The notes beneath the pieces are model-generated. The model was not told the DNA's origin and ran no database searches. It saw nothing but the letters and a program-made list of their open reading frames with translations. The position numbers and the translations under genes were made by a program. A stretch of DNA of 32,000 nucleotides from Nostoc sp. PCC 7120 = FACHB-418 (lineage in GTDB: Bacteria; Cyanobacteriota; Cyanobacteriia; Cyanobacteriales; Nostocaceae), in NCBI RefSeq assembly GCF_000009705.1, contig NC_003272.1, positions 30,001 to 62,000 on the forward strand, in the 5' to 3' direction. Every line of letters starts with the position of its first letter. Positions within the stretch are counted from its first letter, which is position 1. Shown here one piece after another: positions 1 to 9,156 of the stretch.

Positions 1-262
1 CAGGATGAACAGGGACGATATGCGATCGCTCCTTTAGAAGATTTTGCCAGAGTTTAGGGGTATAGGGGAAGAAGTAGAGTCTAAATTCTTCCCTCACCCT
101 TACACCCTTCCAAAGTTACGAAATCTTGAATATATATTCACCAAACCCAGATTTTGAGCAAAAATCCTCTTATAACATTCCCTTAGTCACTTGTCAATGA
201 GTACATATTTCATGTACTCACTAGTATAGTAAAGATGAACTTTTGTGAAGCGAGGACTACGG

Positions 263-1741
263 ATGTACATTGTACAGATTGCCTCGGAATGCGCTCCTGT
301 AATTAAGGCAGGGGGTTTAGGGGATGTCGTTTACGGATTGAGTCGAGAATTAGAGATTCGGGGCAATTGCGTCGAGCTAATTCTGCCTAAGTATGATTGT
401 ATGCGCTACGACCATGTTTGGGGACTGCACGAGGCTTACTTAAACTTGTGGGTTCCCTGGTTTGGTGCAGCAATTCACTGTACTGTCTACTGCGGTTGGG
501 TACATGGGCGAGTATGTTTTTTCATTGAACCCCATTCCGAGGACAATTTCTTTAATCGGGGCTGCTATTACGGTTGTGATGATGATGATATGCGCTTTGC
601 CTTTTTTAGCAAAGCCGCTTTAGAATTTCTCCATCAAAGCAATAAGCGCCCTGATATTATCCATTGTCATGATTGGCAAACAGGCTTAATTCCTGTCATG
701 CTCTATGAGATCTACAAGTATCATGGCATGGACACCCAACGGGTTTGCTACACCATCCACAACTTTAAACATCAAGGAATTGGTGGTGTCAAAACTCTCT
801 GGGCGACAGGGTTAAACAGAGAAGCTTATTACTTCCAAGATGACAAGCTAAGGGATGACCATAACCCCTTTGCATTGAATTACATGAAAGGCGGTATAGT
901 CTACTCGAACGCTGTCACCACAGTTTCACCAAACCACGCCTTAGAAGCACAATATACAGACGTTGGTTGTGGCTTAGGTCATACTTTGTATCTACACAAA
1001 GAAAAATTTAGCGGGGTTCTCAACGGTATTGATTACGATTTTTGGAATCCAGAAATTGACCGTCACATCCCCGATAACTACAGCCAAGACGATTTTGAAC
1101 AAAAACTATATAACAAAAAAGCTTTGCGTGAGCGCTTGTTGTTGCAAGCTGCTGATAAACCAATCATTGCTTACATCGGGCGTTTAGATAATCAAAAAGG
1201 CGTGCATCTTGTCCACCATGCCATTTATCATGCCTTGAATAAAGGAGCGCAATTTGTATTATTGGGTTCAGCAACAGAAGCAGGAATCAATGCTCATTTT
1301 CGTCATGAAAAACAGTTTTTAAATAGCAATCCTGATGTCCATTTAGAATTGGGCTTTAACGAAGAGTTGTCTCATCTGATTTATGCCGGGGCTGATATGA
1401 TTGTTGTTCCCAGCAATTATGAACCCTGCGGTTTAACGCAAATGATTGGTTTGAAGTATGGTACTGTTCCCATTGTGCGCGGTGTTGGTGGACTGGTAAA
1501 TACAGTATTTGACCGAGATTACGATCAAAATTTACCACCAGAAAAACGCAATGGTTATGTATTTTATCAATCTGATAACCAAGCTTTAGAGTCAGCAATG
1601 AATCGGGCAATTGATTTGTGGTATCAGTCTCCTGAACAGTTCCAACAATTAGCGATTCAGGGAATGAAATATGACTACTCATGGAATAATCCAGGCACGG
1701 AATATTTAAATATTTACGAATGGATTAAGTACAAATGGTAG
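263..1741 (+). CDS. glgA: Glycogen/starch synthase (GT5), GlgA2 / SSIII-IV-like form
   Basis: ORF 245..1741. N-terminal ADP-glucose box IASECAPVIKAGGLGDVV (K-x-G-G-L) and C-terminal GT-B motif VPSNYEPCGLTQMIGLKYGT. ATG 263 is preferred over GTG 245 because GAGGA lies 6 nt upstream of it. Confidence 0.9.
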   Translation: MYIVQIASECAPVIKAGGLGDVVYGLSRELEIRGNCVELILPKYDCMRYDHVWGLHEAYLNLWVPWFGAAIHCTVYCGWVHGRVCFFIEPHSEDNFFNRGCYYGCDDDDMRFAFFSKAALEFLHQSNKRPDIIHCHDWQTGLIPVMLYEIYKYHGMDTQRVCYTIHNFKHQGIGGVKTLWATGLNREAYYFQDDKLRDDHNPFALNYMKGGIVYSNAVTTVSPNHALEAQYTDVGCGLGHTLYLHKEKFSGVLNGIDYDFWNPEIDRHIPDNYSQDDFEQKLYNKKALRERLLLQAADKPIIAYIGRLDNQKGVHLVHHAIYHALNKGAQFVLLGSATEAGINAHFRHEKQFLNSNPDVHLELGFNEELSHLIYAGADMIVVPSNYEPCGLTQMIGLKYGTVPIVRGVGGLVNTVFDRDYDQNLPPEKRNGYVFYQSDNQALESAMNRAIDLWYQSPEQFQQLAIQGMKYDYSWNNPGTEYLNIYEWIKYKW

Positions 1742-1807
1742 GTCAGTAATTCGTAATTGATAATACTCACCTTTAGAGAGAAGCAAGTTAAGAATTAATA
1801 TCTGTGG

Positions 1808-1836
1808 GGTGGGCATTGCCCACCTTTTCATTTTTT
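1808..1836 (+). terminator. Rho-independent terminator after glgA
   Basis: GGTGGGC-att-GCCCACC (7 bp GC-rich stem) followed by TTTTCATTTTTT, about 65 nt after the glgA stop. Confidence 0.7.
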
Positions 1837-1874
1837 GGTAGTAAATACTCAATGCTACTATCATAAATTACAAA

Positions 1875-3290
1875 TTAAACTAGGGCTTTGAGTAAAGCTT
1901 GTAGTTTGAGTTGTACTTCGGCAAATTCTTTTTCAGGGTCAGAACCGGCGACTATTCCAGCACCTGCATAAAGTCTAGCGCGATCGCCATCTATTAACGC
2001 GGAACGAATCCCCACAATGAATTCACAGTTACCTTGAGAGTCTATCCAACCAAGAGGCGCAGCATATAAACCCCTCTCAAAAGTCTCATAGCGGCGAATT
2101 TCTGCACAGGCTATATCTCTGGCTGCACCGGCTACAGCTGGTGTCGGGTGTAGTTGGGCAACAATCTTTAATGGGTGGACATTAGCGGGAACTATGGCGT
2201 TAATTGGTGTCCACAGGTGTTGAATATTAGATAATTGTCGTAGACGCGGTGGTAATACCTGGGGTAATAAACCTAGCTGGGTGAGGCGTTGAGTAATGAA
2301 ATCCATTACTAGTAAATGTTCATGCCTTTCTTTTTCGCTATTGAGTAAACGATTAGCATTAGCTGCATCTTCAGCAGATGTTTTTCCTCGTGGCGCAGAA
2401 CCCGCTAAAGCATCAGTAATTAATTGTTGATTATGAATAGTAATTAATCTTTCTGGACTTGCACCAATAAAGTTTTGTCCTTTGCCATTACTGGTAGAAA
2501 ATATATAACAATTAGGATGAGTTTTACGCAGATTATTTAATGACTGTAATAAATTAAAATGCTGATTTGAACTCACATCCAAAATGTCTGCTAGAACTAC
2601 TTTACTTAATTCATTAGACTTAATCCTTTCTAATGCTGATGCTACTGACTGTTTATATCTTTCTCCATTAGTAACGAATTTTTTACTCAGATTAGTAGGA
2701 AAATAGTCAAGATTAGGAGAATAAGGTTCTAGAGAATTGATAAGTTCTATCTTATCCCGTAAATTTTGTAATAGTATTTGAATATTCACACTAGAGTTAA
2801 TAACTGTATTCATCACCAATGTACAAGACTGATTTCTTACAGATATTTGCCAACGTGGTAAGAAAATAGTCGCCGCAGGAAAGGGATACTCTATTTTATT
2901 TTTTTCGGAAAAGAAGCTGAAGTAACAAAAAAAGTGAGGGCCAGCAAATGGTCGATTAGTGTTACCAAAATTAATTATATTTTCTAAATTAGATTTAATA
3001 AAATATTCTGATTGAAAGAAGCGTTCTTGTCCATCGATTTGTAATTTAGTGACTGCATCAATGCCGGCGATCGCTTCTCCTTTACCTCTGTTCTCAAAGT
3101 AAAAATTTATTGCATTTGCTTGCGCTAATTTATCAAATACGGCTAAGGGGTCAACCCAGTCAATTTCCAAAGAAATACTCACAATCTGCCTACAATGATT
3201 TTTGAGGCAATTTTCTTGCACAGCTAACAAAAATTGATAGAGGTCTTTTTGTTCGACAAATAAGCTACGACGACATGGTGAAACTGTCAT
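1875..3290 (-). CDS. menF: Isochorismate synthase (phylloquinone pathway)
   Basis: 471 aa. Chorismate-binding C-terminal signatures LHPTPAVAG, ERGLYAAPLGWID and YAGAGIVAGSDPEKE. Divergent from menA-menC-menE. Confidence 0.85.
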   Translation of the reverse strand: MTVSPCRRSLFVEQKDLYQFLLAVQENCLKNHCRQIVSISLEIDWVDPLAVFDKLAQANAINFYFENRGKGEAIAGIDAVTKLQIDGQERFFQSEYFIKSNLENIINFGNTNRPFAGPHFFCYFSFFSEKNKIEYPFPAATIFLPRWQISVRNQSCTLVMNTVINSSVNIQILLQNLRDKIELINSLEPYSPNLDYFPTNLSKKFVTNGERYKQSVASALERIKSNELSKVVLADILDVSSNQHFNLLQSLNNLRKTHPNCYIFSTSNGKGQNFIGASPERLITIHNQQLITDALAGSAPRGKTSAEDAANANRLLNSEKERHEHLLVMDFITQRLTQLGLLPQVLPPRLRQLSNIQHLWTPINAIVPANVHPLKIVAQLHPTPAVAGAARDIACAEIRRYETFERGLYAAPLGWIDSQGNCEFIVGIRSALIDGDRARLYAGAGIVAGSDPEKEFAEVQLKLQALLKALV

Positions 3291-3547
3291 GGATCTAAAA
3301 AATAGTAAATTTTTTTTAAGTTATCTTCCAAAGTGTAATTAATCATGGTCGTATTTCTACAGGTAACATATTCAGTCACCATTGCACCAGAGTATGGTTT
3401 GCCTGATTGCTGGTGTTCTCAGACGCTTGCCAAGTCTCTTTAGAGGCGGGTATAAGGTTGTGGAGGTATAAGGGATACTTCCTAAAAAAAATAGTAGCTT
3501 TATTTAACCTGCGCTCTACTAGCTAGAGGTATTGTTTGTAATTTTCA

Positions 3548-4477
3548 ATGTTGAATTGCTTACCACAACTGATGACTACAAAGCAAATTTCTCATCCTAA
3601 AATTAAGCTATGGATGGCGGCAATTAAACCGCCAATGTATAGTGTTGCCATCATGCCCATTTGGGTGGGAGGAGCAGTTGCATTTGCTGGAAATAAAGTT
3701 TTTAATTTAGCAGTATTTTTTACTTTTATAGTTGCTGCAATTTTAATTCTGGCTTGGGAAAATATCAGTAACGATGTATTTGATTCAGAGACAGGAATTG
3801 ATGTAAATAAGCATCATTCTCTGGTGAATTTAACTAAAAAGAAGACTCTGGTATTTTGGTTAGGAAATTTGTGTCTAATTTCCGGTTTATTGGGGATATT
3901 AGCAATCGCCACTTGGCAACAAGACCCCACAGTTATCGGCATCATCTTGTTATGCTGCGGTTTGGGCTATATGTACCAAGGGCCTCCCTTTCGTTTAGGA
4001 TATCAAGGCTTAGGTGAGATTCTGTGCTTCTTTGCCTTTGGCCCCTTAGGCGTGTCAGCAGGATACTATAGCCAAACTCAAACTTGGTCAATCACAAGTT
4101 TAGCCGCTTCAGTCATTGTCGGGATTGTCACAAGTTTAGTTTTATTTTGCTCTCACTTTCACCAAGTTGATGATGACATTAAAGCCGGTAAGCGATCGCC
4201 CATCGTCCGTTTAGGTACAGCCAACGGTGCAAAAGTTCTCACTTGGTTTACAGCCAGCATTTACCCCTTCAGCTTGCTGTTTGTACTCTTGGGATTCTTC
4301 CCTGTGTGGACGCTGTTAAGTTGGCTAAGTTTACCTTACGCCTTCAAGCTATGTCGCCACGTCCAGCACAACCACAACCAACCAGAAAAAGTCAGCAATT
4401 GTAAATTCATCGCCGTAGCCGTTCATTTCTGGAGTTGCTTATTACTAGGTTTGGGATTTGTCATTGCAGGGGTTTAA
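3548..4477 (+). CDS. menA: 1,4-dihydroxy-2-naphthoate phytyl/prenyltransferase (UbiA family)
   Basis: Polytopic membrane protein with both UbiA Asp-rich motifs (NDVFDSETGID and DDDIKAGKRS), inside a men cluster. An alternative start is ATG 3572 (MTTKQ...). Confidence 0.85.
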   Translation: MLNCLPQLMTTKQISHPKIKLWMAAIKPPMYSVAIMPIWVGGAVAFAGNKVFNLAVFFTFIVAAILILAWENISNDVFDSETGIDVNKHHSLVNLTKKKTLVFWLGNLCLISGLLGILAIATWQQDPTVIGIILLCCGLGYMYQGPPFRLGYQGLGEILCFFAFGPLGVSAGYYSQTQTWSITSLAASVIVGIVTSLVLFCSHFHQVDDDIKAGKRSPIVRLGTANGAKVLTWFTASIYPFSLLFVLLGFFPVWTLLSWLSLPYAFKLCRHVQHNHNQPEKVSNCKFIAVAVHFWSCLLLGLGFVIAGV

Positions 4478-4485
4478 TACTTATT

Positions 4486-5448
4486 GTGTTTCCCAATTAT
4501 GAATTCAGCTTTCGCCCCATAGCCCGAAAATTTGTGCGATCGCTCGTTACTAGTCATGGTATCTGGGAAGTGCGCGAGGCGATTATTCTCCGGCTTACAG
4601 ATACCACAGGTAAAGTCGGCTGGGGAGAAATAGCACCGATTAGCTGGTTTGGATCGGAAACGTTAGCACAGGCTTTAGATTTTTGTCGCCAATTACCAGA
4701 AGAAATCACCCAAGAAATCATTTTTTCCATTCCCGATGATTTACCAGCGTGTCAATTTGGCTTTGAGTCGGCGTTGGAAGCAATGGGGAGTGGTGAAGAT
4801 GTAACTATAACTAACGCTCAATTTAGCGCCTTGTTACCAGCCGGAGAAGCAGCATTACATCAATGGCAAAGTTTATGGGACGAAGGATATCGCACCTTTA
4901 AATGGAAAATTGCCGTGGGTGAAGTCGCCCAAGAATTGAGAATTTTTGACTCCCTAACACAAATTTTACCTGCATCCGCAAAACTGCGATTAGATGCTAA
5001 TGGAGGACTGAGTTATCCAGAAGCTCACTTATGGTTACAGGCTTGTGATAATTTACCCGTAGAAGTGGAATTTATCGAACAACCCCTACCCGTGGAGCAA
5101 TTTTCCCAGATGTTGGAATTGAGTGAAGCTTATCCTACAGCGATCGCTTTAGATGAATCTGTAGCTAACCTCAAACAACTAGCTGCTTGTTATGCACAGG
5201 GTTGGCGGGACGTATTTGTGATTAAACCGGCGATCGCTGGTTCACCCTCTCGCCTGCGACAATTTTGCCAACAGCATGAGATTGACGCGGTATTCTCATC
5301 GGTATTTGAAACGGCGATCGCCAGAAAAGCATCACTCCAACTAGCAGCAGAATTATCTCGTGACAACAGGGCTGTTGGTTTTGGCGTTAACCACCTTTTT
5401 CACCAAGAAGCAGAAAACTGGCTGCAAAGTTTATGGAACAACCCTTAG
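4486..5448 (+). CDS. menC: o-Succinylbenzoate synthase (enolase superfamily)
   Basis: Enolase-superfamily catalytic pattern: FKWKIAVG (K-x-K), LRLDANGG, FIEQP, ALDES. The ORF track starts at TTG 4435, inside menA. I prefer GTG 4486, 9 nt after the menA stop, giving VFPNYEFSFRP... The start is uncertain. Confidence 0.8.
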   Translation: MFPNYEFSFRPIARKFVRSLVTSHGIWEVREAIILRLTDTTGKVGWGEIAPISWFGSETLAQALDFCRQLPEEITQEIIFSIPDDLPACQFGFESALEAMGSGEDVTITNAQFSALLPAGEAALHQWQSLWDEGYRTFKWKIAVGEVAQELRIFDSLTQILPASAKLRLDANGGLSYPEAHLWLQACDNLPVEVEFIEQPLPVEQFSQMLELSEAYPTAIALDESVANLKQLAACYAQGWRDVFVIKPAIAGSPSRLRQFCQQHEIDAVFSSVFETAIARKASLQLAAELSRDNRAVGFGVNHLFHQEAENWLQSLWNNP

Positions 5449-6884
5449 CCTATCTGAATCGCCTCACTCACCATGATTGGCTGATTGGTTATGACAGCCG
5501 AGAATTTCACCAAAAAGCCACCGAACTCTACTTACAACTTAGTCAATTATCAACTCCAGAGACATCATCAAAAATCATCCTAGCCGAGCGTGAATCCGTA
5601 AAATTTCTAGCTAGTTTTATCGCCGCCTGTGCTGCTAATTGTCAAGTTTTCCTCTGTAACCCAGACTGGGGCGAACAAGAATGGCATCAAGTATTTAATT
5701 TAGTCCAACCCGATATTATTTTAGGCTTAGAGACTAGAGAGGGAATCTTAAGAGGCAGGGGGGCAGGGAGCGGGGAGCAGGGGGAAAATATCTTACTAAC
5801 TCAGCACGCTGCTCAACTCCCGTTACCACTCGAAGCGCAGCTATGCCCCCAAGGCTTTACAGCACGCATCATGATTCCCACCGGTGGTTCATCGGGACAA
5901 ATTAAATTTGCCATCCACACTTGGGAAACCCTCACCGCTTCAGTGCAGGGATTTACAGAATATTTTCAAATCAAACAAGTTAACTCATATTGTGTTTTAC
6001 CGCTATATCATGTCAGTGGTTTAATGCAGTTTATGCGTTCTTTTACCACAGGCGGTAAGCTAGTAATTCAACCATTTAAATCATTAGAACTCAGTCAAAT
6101 ATCCCAAATTAACCCTACAGAATTTTTCATATCCTTAGTACCGACACAGTTACAACGCCTATTACAAAACTTAGAATTAACTACATGGTTATCACAATTC
6201 AACACCGTACTTTTAGGTGGTGCGCCGGCTTGGGATGAATTATTAGAAAAAGCCAAATTCCATAACATTCGATTAGCGCCCACCTATGGAATGACAGAAA
6301 CCGCCTCCCAAATTGCCACCCTTAAACCAGATGATTTTTTGAATGGTAAAATCAACAGTGGTCAAATTCTTCCCCATGCCCAAGTGACAATTTGTAATCA
6401 ACAAGGGGAAGTTCTACCAGCAAATCACATAGGAAATATCACAATTCAAACTCAATCTTTATCCCTTGGTTATTATCCCCAAATTGTACAGAAACAAAAT
6501 TATTTACAGGTAGATGATTTAGGTTTTTTAGATGAGCATGGTTATTTAAATATTGTCGGCAGAAACAGCGACAAAATCATCACAGGTGGAGAAAACATCT
6601 ACCCCATAGAAATAGAATCAGCCATCCGCGCTACACAAATGGTAGCTGATGTTTGCGTAATTGGCATACCAGATAAGCAATGGGGACAAGCATTAACAGC
6701 AATTTATATTCCCAAAGACACCAATACATCCATCAGTGAAATCAAAACTGCCATCTCCCATCAACTCAGCAGATTTAAAATCCCCAAACATTGGATTCCA
6801 TTAAATACCTTACCCCGTAACCCCCAAGGTAAAATCAATCGCCAACAACTACAACAAATAGCTGTGTTAAGCATAGGGGCATAG
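5433..6884 (+). CDS. menE: o-Succinylbenzoate-CoA ligase (ANL/AMP-binding family)
   Basis: AMP-binding motifs IPTGGSSGQIKF, PTYGMTETAS and GRNSDKIITGGENIYP. ATG 5433 overlaps the menC end by 16 nt. The gene carries an unusual G-rich in-frame segment (see repeat 5754..5835). Confidence 0.85.
   Translation: MEQPLAYLNRLTHHDWLIGYDSREFHQKATELYLQLSQLSTPETSSKIILAERESVKFLASFIAACAANCQVFLCNPDWGEQEWHQVFNLVQPDIILGLETREGILRGRGAGSGEQGENILLTQHAAQLPLPLEAQLCPQGFTARIMIPTGGSSGQIKFAIHTWETLTASVQGFTEYFQIKQVNSYCVLPLYHVSGLMQFMRSFTTGGKLVIQPFKSLELSQISQINPTEFFISLVPTQLQRLLQNLELTTWLSQFNTVLLGGAPAWDELLEKAKFHNIRLAPTYGMTETASQIATLKPDDFLNGKINSGQILPHAQVTICNQQGEVLPANHIGNITIQTQSLSLGYYPQIVQKQNYLQVDDLGFLDEHGYLNIVGRNSDKIITGGENIYPIEIESAIRATQMVADVCVIGIPDKQWGQALTAIYIPKDTNTSISEIKTAISHQLSRFKIPKHWIPLNTLPRNPQGKINRQQLQQIAVLSIGA
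5754..5835 (+). repeat. Copy of a G-rich small dispersed repeat, in frame inside menE
   Basis: GGCAGGGGGGCAGGGAGCGGGGAGCAGGGGGAAAATATCTTACTAACTCAGCACGCTGCTCAACTCCCGTTACCACTCGAAG. It shares ordered blocks (GCAGGGGG-GAAA, CTTACT/CCTACT, CTCAGYAC, ACTCCC, TCGAAG/TTCAAG) with the intergenic copies at 20801..20857 and 21221..21274. Boundaries are approximate. Confidence 0.6.
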
Positions 6885-6891
6885 ATAAGCA

Positions 6892-6975
6892 GTAGAGGGG
6901 AGAAATCCTCTTAAAAAAAACTCCGCGTACCTCCGCGCCTCCCTCCGCGCCCCTCTGCGTTTAAAAACACTCTAC
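6892..6975. repeat. Intergenic repeat cluster (partial G-rich unit plus CTCCGCG-type repeats) between convergent menE and murF
   Basis: GTAGAGGGGAGAAATCCTC resembles the head of the 20795.. unit. It is followed by CTCCGCGTAC CTCCGCGCCTCC CTCCGCGCCCCTCTGCG. The outer GTAGAG / CTCTAC are inverted. Confidence 0.5.
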
Positions 6976-8331
6976 CTAATTAGAAAACTCAGCCCGTAAC
7001 TGACTCACAACCCGATCCAATCCCACAGAATGAGCCGCCTTAAACAACAAACGATCGCCCCCCTGCACAAACGTAGTCAATCTCGCAACCAAATCAGCGT
7101 GGGTAGCAAAACACTCAGACGGGATTCCCTCGGCGCTTCTAGCGATCGCTTCCGCATCTTCCCCATCAACTAACACCAACAAACCATCTAATTTTAAATT
7201 CCGTACTGTTTCCCCTACCCGTTGGTGTAACTGTGCCGATCGCTCACCTAATTCTTTCATCGCCCCCAACACCGCAATTTTCCGTTTCCCTGGTGTATCA
7301 GCTAATAGTTGCAACGCTGCTAACATCGCTTCTGGTGCAGCATTATAAGTCTCATCTAATATTAAAACATCATTGGGCAAACTAAAACGCTGCGATCGCC
7401 CAGTCGGCATATTCACGCTCACACCAGCTTGCAAGCTCGACCATTCAATCCCTAACACCTTCGCCACTGCCAAAGCTGCTAAGTAATTAGTCGCATTGTG
7501 ACGACCAGGTAAAGGTAACGGTAGACGTAATCCTGCTACTTCCACAATGGCGTTATCAACTAGGGAACCTTGAACATCTCCACCAGACAAACCATAAGTT
7601 AATACTTCCCCTGACCAAAATTTTGCCGCCGTCGCCATCAACAAAGGATTGTCATGGTTGAGAATCGCTACACTATCTTTGGGCATTTCGGCTAGTAACT
7701 CACATTTTGCCTCAGCGATCGCCTCTTCTGAACCCAATAACTCAATATGTGCTGTCCCGACGTTGGTAATCACCCCAATTGTGGGACGTGCTATCTGTGC
7801 GAGTTCGGCAATTTGTCCCCTACCCCGCATAGCCATTTCAATCACGGCGTAGTCGTGTTCAGCATTCAGTTCTAAGAGGGTTTTCGGGACACCAATTTCG
7901 TTGTTGTAATTGCCATAAGTCTTGAGGACATTGCCTTTCGTCCCCAACACTGCGGCGATCAGTTCTTTAGTAGTGGTTTTCCCTACCGAACCCGTCACCC
8001 CAATCACTGGTATATCGAAGCGATCGCGCCACCATCTACCCAGTTTTTGATAAGCTTCTAGGGTGTTGCTGACTTGTAAGACAGGTAATCCTGGGTTTTC
8101 ATAATCATCATCAACAATAGCCGCGATCGCACCACGAGCGATCGCACTTGAGATAAACTCATGTCCATCAAACTTTTCCCCCCGAAAAGCTAGAAAAACT
8201 TCCCCAGGTTTGATCATCCGTGTATCTGTTTGGATACCACTGCTAACTTGTGTCAAAGCAGCTTCAGATATATTTACCGGACGAGCTAAAAGAACTTCTA
8301 TTAATTGATTTAAAGTAACAGACCAAGACAT
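6976..8331 (-). CDS. murF: UDP-N-acetylmuramoyl-tripeptide--D-alanyl-D-alanine ligase
   Basis: Mur-ligase P-loop GVTGSVGKTTTKE and a MurF-type N-terminal domain (TDTRMIKPGEVFLAFRGEKFDGHEF). ATG 8331 (MSWSVTLNQL...) is preferred to the track's TTG 8352, which lies inside a heptamer repeat. Confidence 0.85.
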   Translation of the reverse strand: MSWSVTLNQLIEVLLARPVNISEAALTQVSSGIQTDTRMIKPGEVFLAFRGEKFDGHEFISSAIARGAIAAIVDDDYENPGLPVLQVSNTLEAYQKLGRWWRDRFDIPVIGVTGSVGKTTTKELIAAVLGTKGNVLKTYGNYNNEIGVPKTLLELNAEHDYAVIEMAMRGRGQIAELAQIARPTIGVITNVGTAHIELLGSEEAIAEAKCELLAEMPKDSVAILNHDNPLLMATAAKFWSGEVLTYGLSGGDVQGSLVDNAIVEVAGLRLPLPLPGRHNATNYLAALAVAKVLGIEWSSLQAGVSVNMPTGRSQRFSLPNDVLILDETYNAAPEAMLAALQLLADTPGKRKIAVLGAMKELGERSAQLHQRVGETVRNLKLDGLLVLVDGEDAEAIARSAEGIPSECFATHADLVARLTTFVQGGDRLLFKAAHSVGLDRVVSQLRAEFSN

Positions 8332-8340
8332 ATTAATCAA

Positions 8341-8368
8341 TTCAAAATTCAAAATTCAAAATTCAAAA
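8341..8368. repeat. Tandem heptamer repeat (TTCAAAA)x4
   Basis: Four perfect consecutive TTCAAAA units (TTTTGAA on the murF sense strand), located 10-37 nt upstream of the preferred murF ATG. Confidence 0.9.
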
Positions 8369-8442
8369 TAAGTGTTTGAAACCCTTAAACCCTTACACCC
8401 AGTCTCAACAGAAAATCTGGGTGCGTAAGTTCTAACTAAATA

Positions 8443-8469
8443 TGCCAAAGAAGCTAAACTCCTTTGGCA
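8443..8469 (-). terminator. Candidate terminator of the TerB-like gene
   Basis: TGCCAAAG-11 nt loop-CTTTGGCA (8 bp perfect stem), about 65 nt downstream of the stop at 8535. On the minus strand it is followed by TATTTAGTT, a weak U tract. Confidence 0.4.
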
Positions 8470-8534
8470 CACTTAGTATATAAGTATTTGGTGATTATGG
8501 CTTGCTAATTGCCAGAAATAATTTTGTGATCAGC

Positions 8535-8981
8535 TTAAATTTGGTTTTTGAGTGACATAGTTTGTAAAATTCGTATTGCTATATCAGGGGAAATACCCAA
8601 AGCTTGATATAAATCGTTTAAAAAGTTTGTTTCTTCTTCAGTAACGTGACTTTCACTCAAAACCAAATCACTGGCTACAGCAAAAGCCGCTTCTCGTAAC
8701 TCTGGAGATAAAGATTCTTTCGCCAAATTAAATAGGGCATTAAAACCGTCTCGCCTGAGAATTATCAAAGTTTTTTCACACAACTGGGCGATCGCTTCTG
8801 TAGAGTAATTTCTCAAAGGCTTTGAGCGAGACAGTTCACAAGAGATAGAACGCTCTTGTTCATAAGATAAATAACCATCTAGCGCTGTTGCTAATAAAAC
8901 GATAGCAACAAAAGCTTCTGTTGAACTAAGTACCTCTGGGGCTTGGTTTTCTCTGCCCAGGAATGTGTCTAATAAATTCAT
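8535..8981 (-). CDS. TerB-like (tellurite-resistance TerB / DjlA N-domain-like) family protein
   Basis: 148 aa from ATG 8981 (MNLLDTFLG...), with AGGAG 8 nt upstream. The helical protein has the TerB-like pattern AFVAIVLLATALDGYLSYEQE ... EEETNFLNDLYQALGI. The family call is from memory of the motif only. Confidence 0.55.
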   Translation of the reverse strand: MNLLDTFLGRENQAPEVLSSTEAFVAIVLLATALDGYLSYEQERSISCELSRSKPLRNYSTEAIAQLCEKTLIILRRDGFNALFNLAKESLSPELREAAFAVASDLVLSESHVTEEETNFLNDLYQALGISPDIAIRILQTMSLKNQI

Positions 8982-9156
8982 GATAGTCGCTCCTGGTGGG
9001 TGTCTCAATAGCGGTACAGTTACCCGTTTGTTTTTGGCTTACAGATAAGTCTGCATCGCTGTGAGACTTAATATAATTTAGTGTTCCCAGGATTTTTGTA
9101 TAGCGAACACTAACACTTAATGGGTTGCGACTAAAAGTATACCTTTAGGAGTAGAT

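Noticed and set aside
1-57. Possible 3' end of an upstream plus-strand gene (...QDEQGRYAIAPLEDFARV*), followed by the hairpin GGGAAGAA-12 nt-TTCTTCCC at 66..93
   Set aside because: Only 18 codons are visible. There is no way to distinguish a real C-terminus from a chance open frame, so it is not reported as a feature.
4435-4485. N-terminal extensions offered by the ORF track (menC 4435, murF 8352, rfbB 9776, GT2 15542, secreted protein 24922, guaB3 25101, glgA 245, TerB-like 9008, LOG 27224, DUF2997 16625)
   Set aside because: The extensions use GTG or TTG codons, overlap upstream genes or repeats, or add residues not seen at the N-termini of these families. Downstream ATG or GTG codons with better RBS context are preferred. 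Exact starts remain unverified.
5754-5790. G-rich repeats (here, 20801.., 29928..) as a possible CRISPR array or G-quadruplex cluster
   Set aside because: There are no regularly spaced identical repeats with unique spacers and no cas genes. The copies are dispersed, diverged and in both orientations, which fits a dispersed-repeat family. G-quadruplex formation is possible but not supported by four regular G-tracts.
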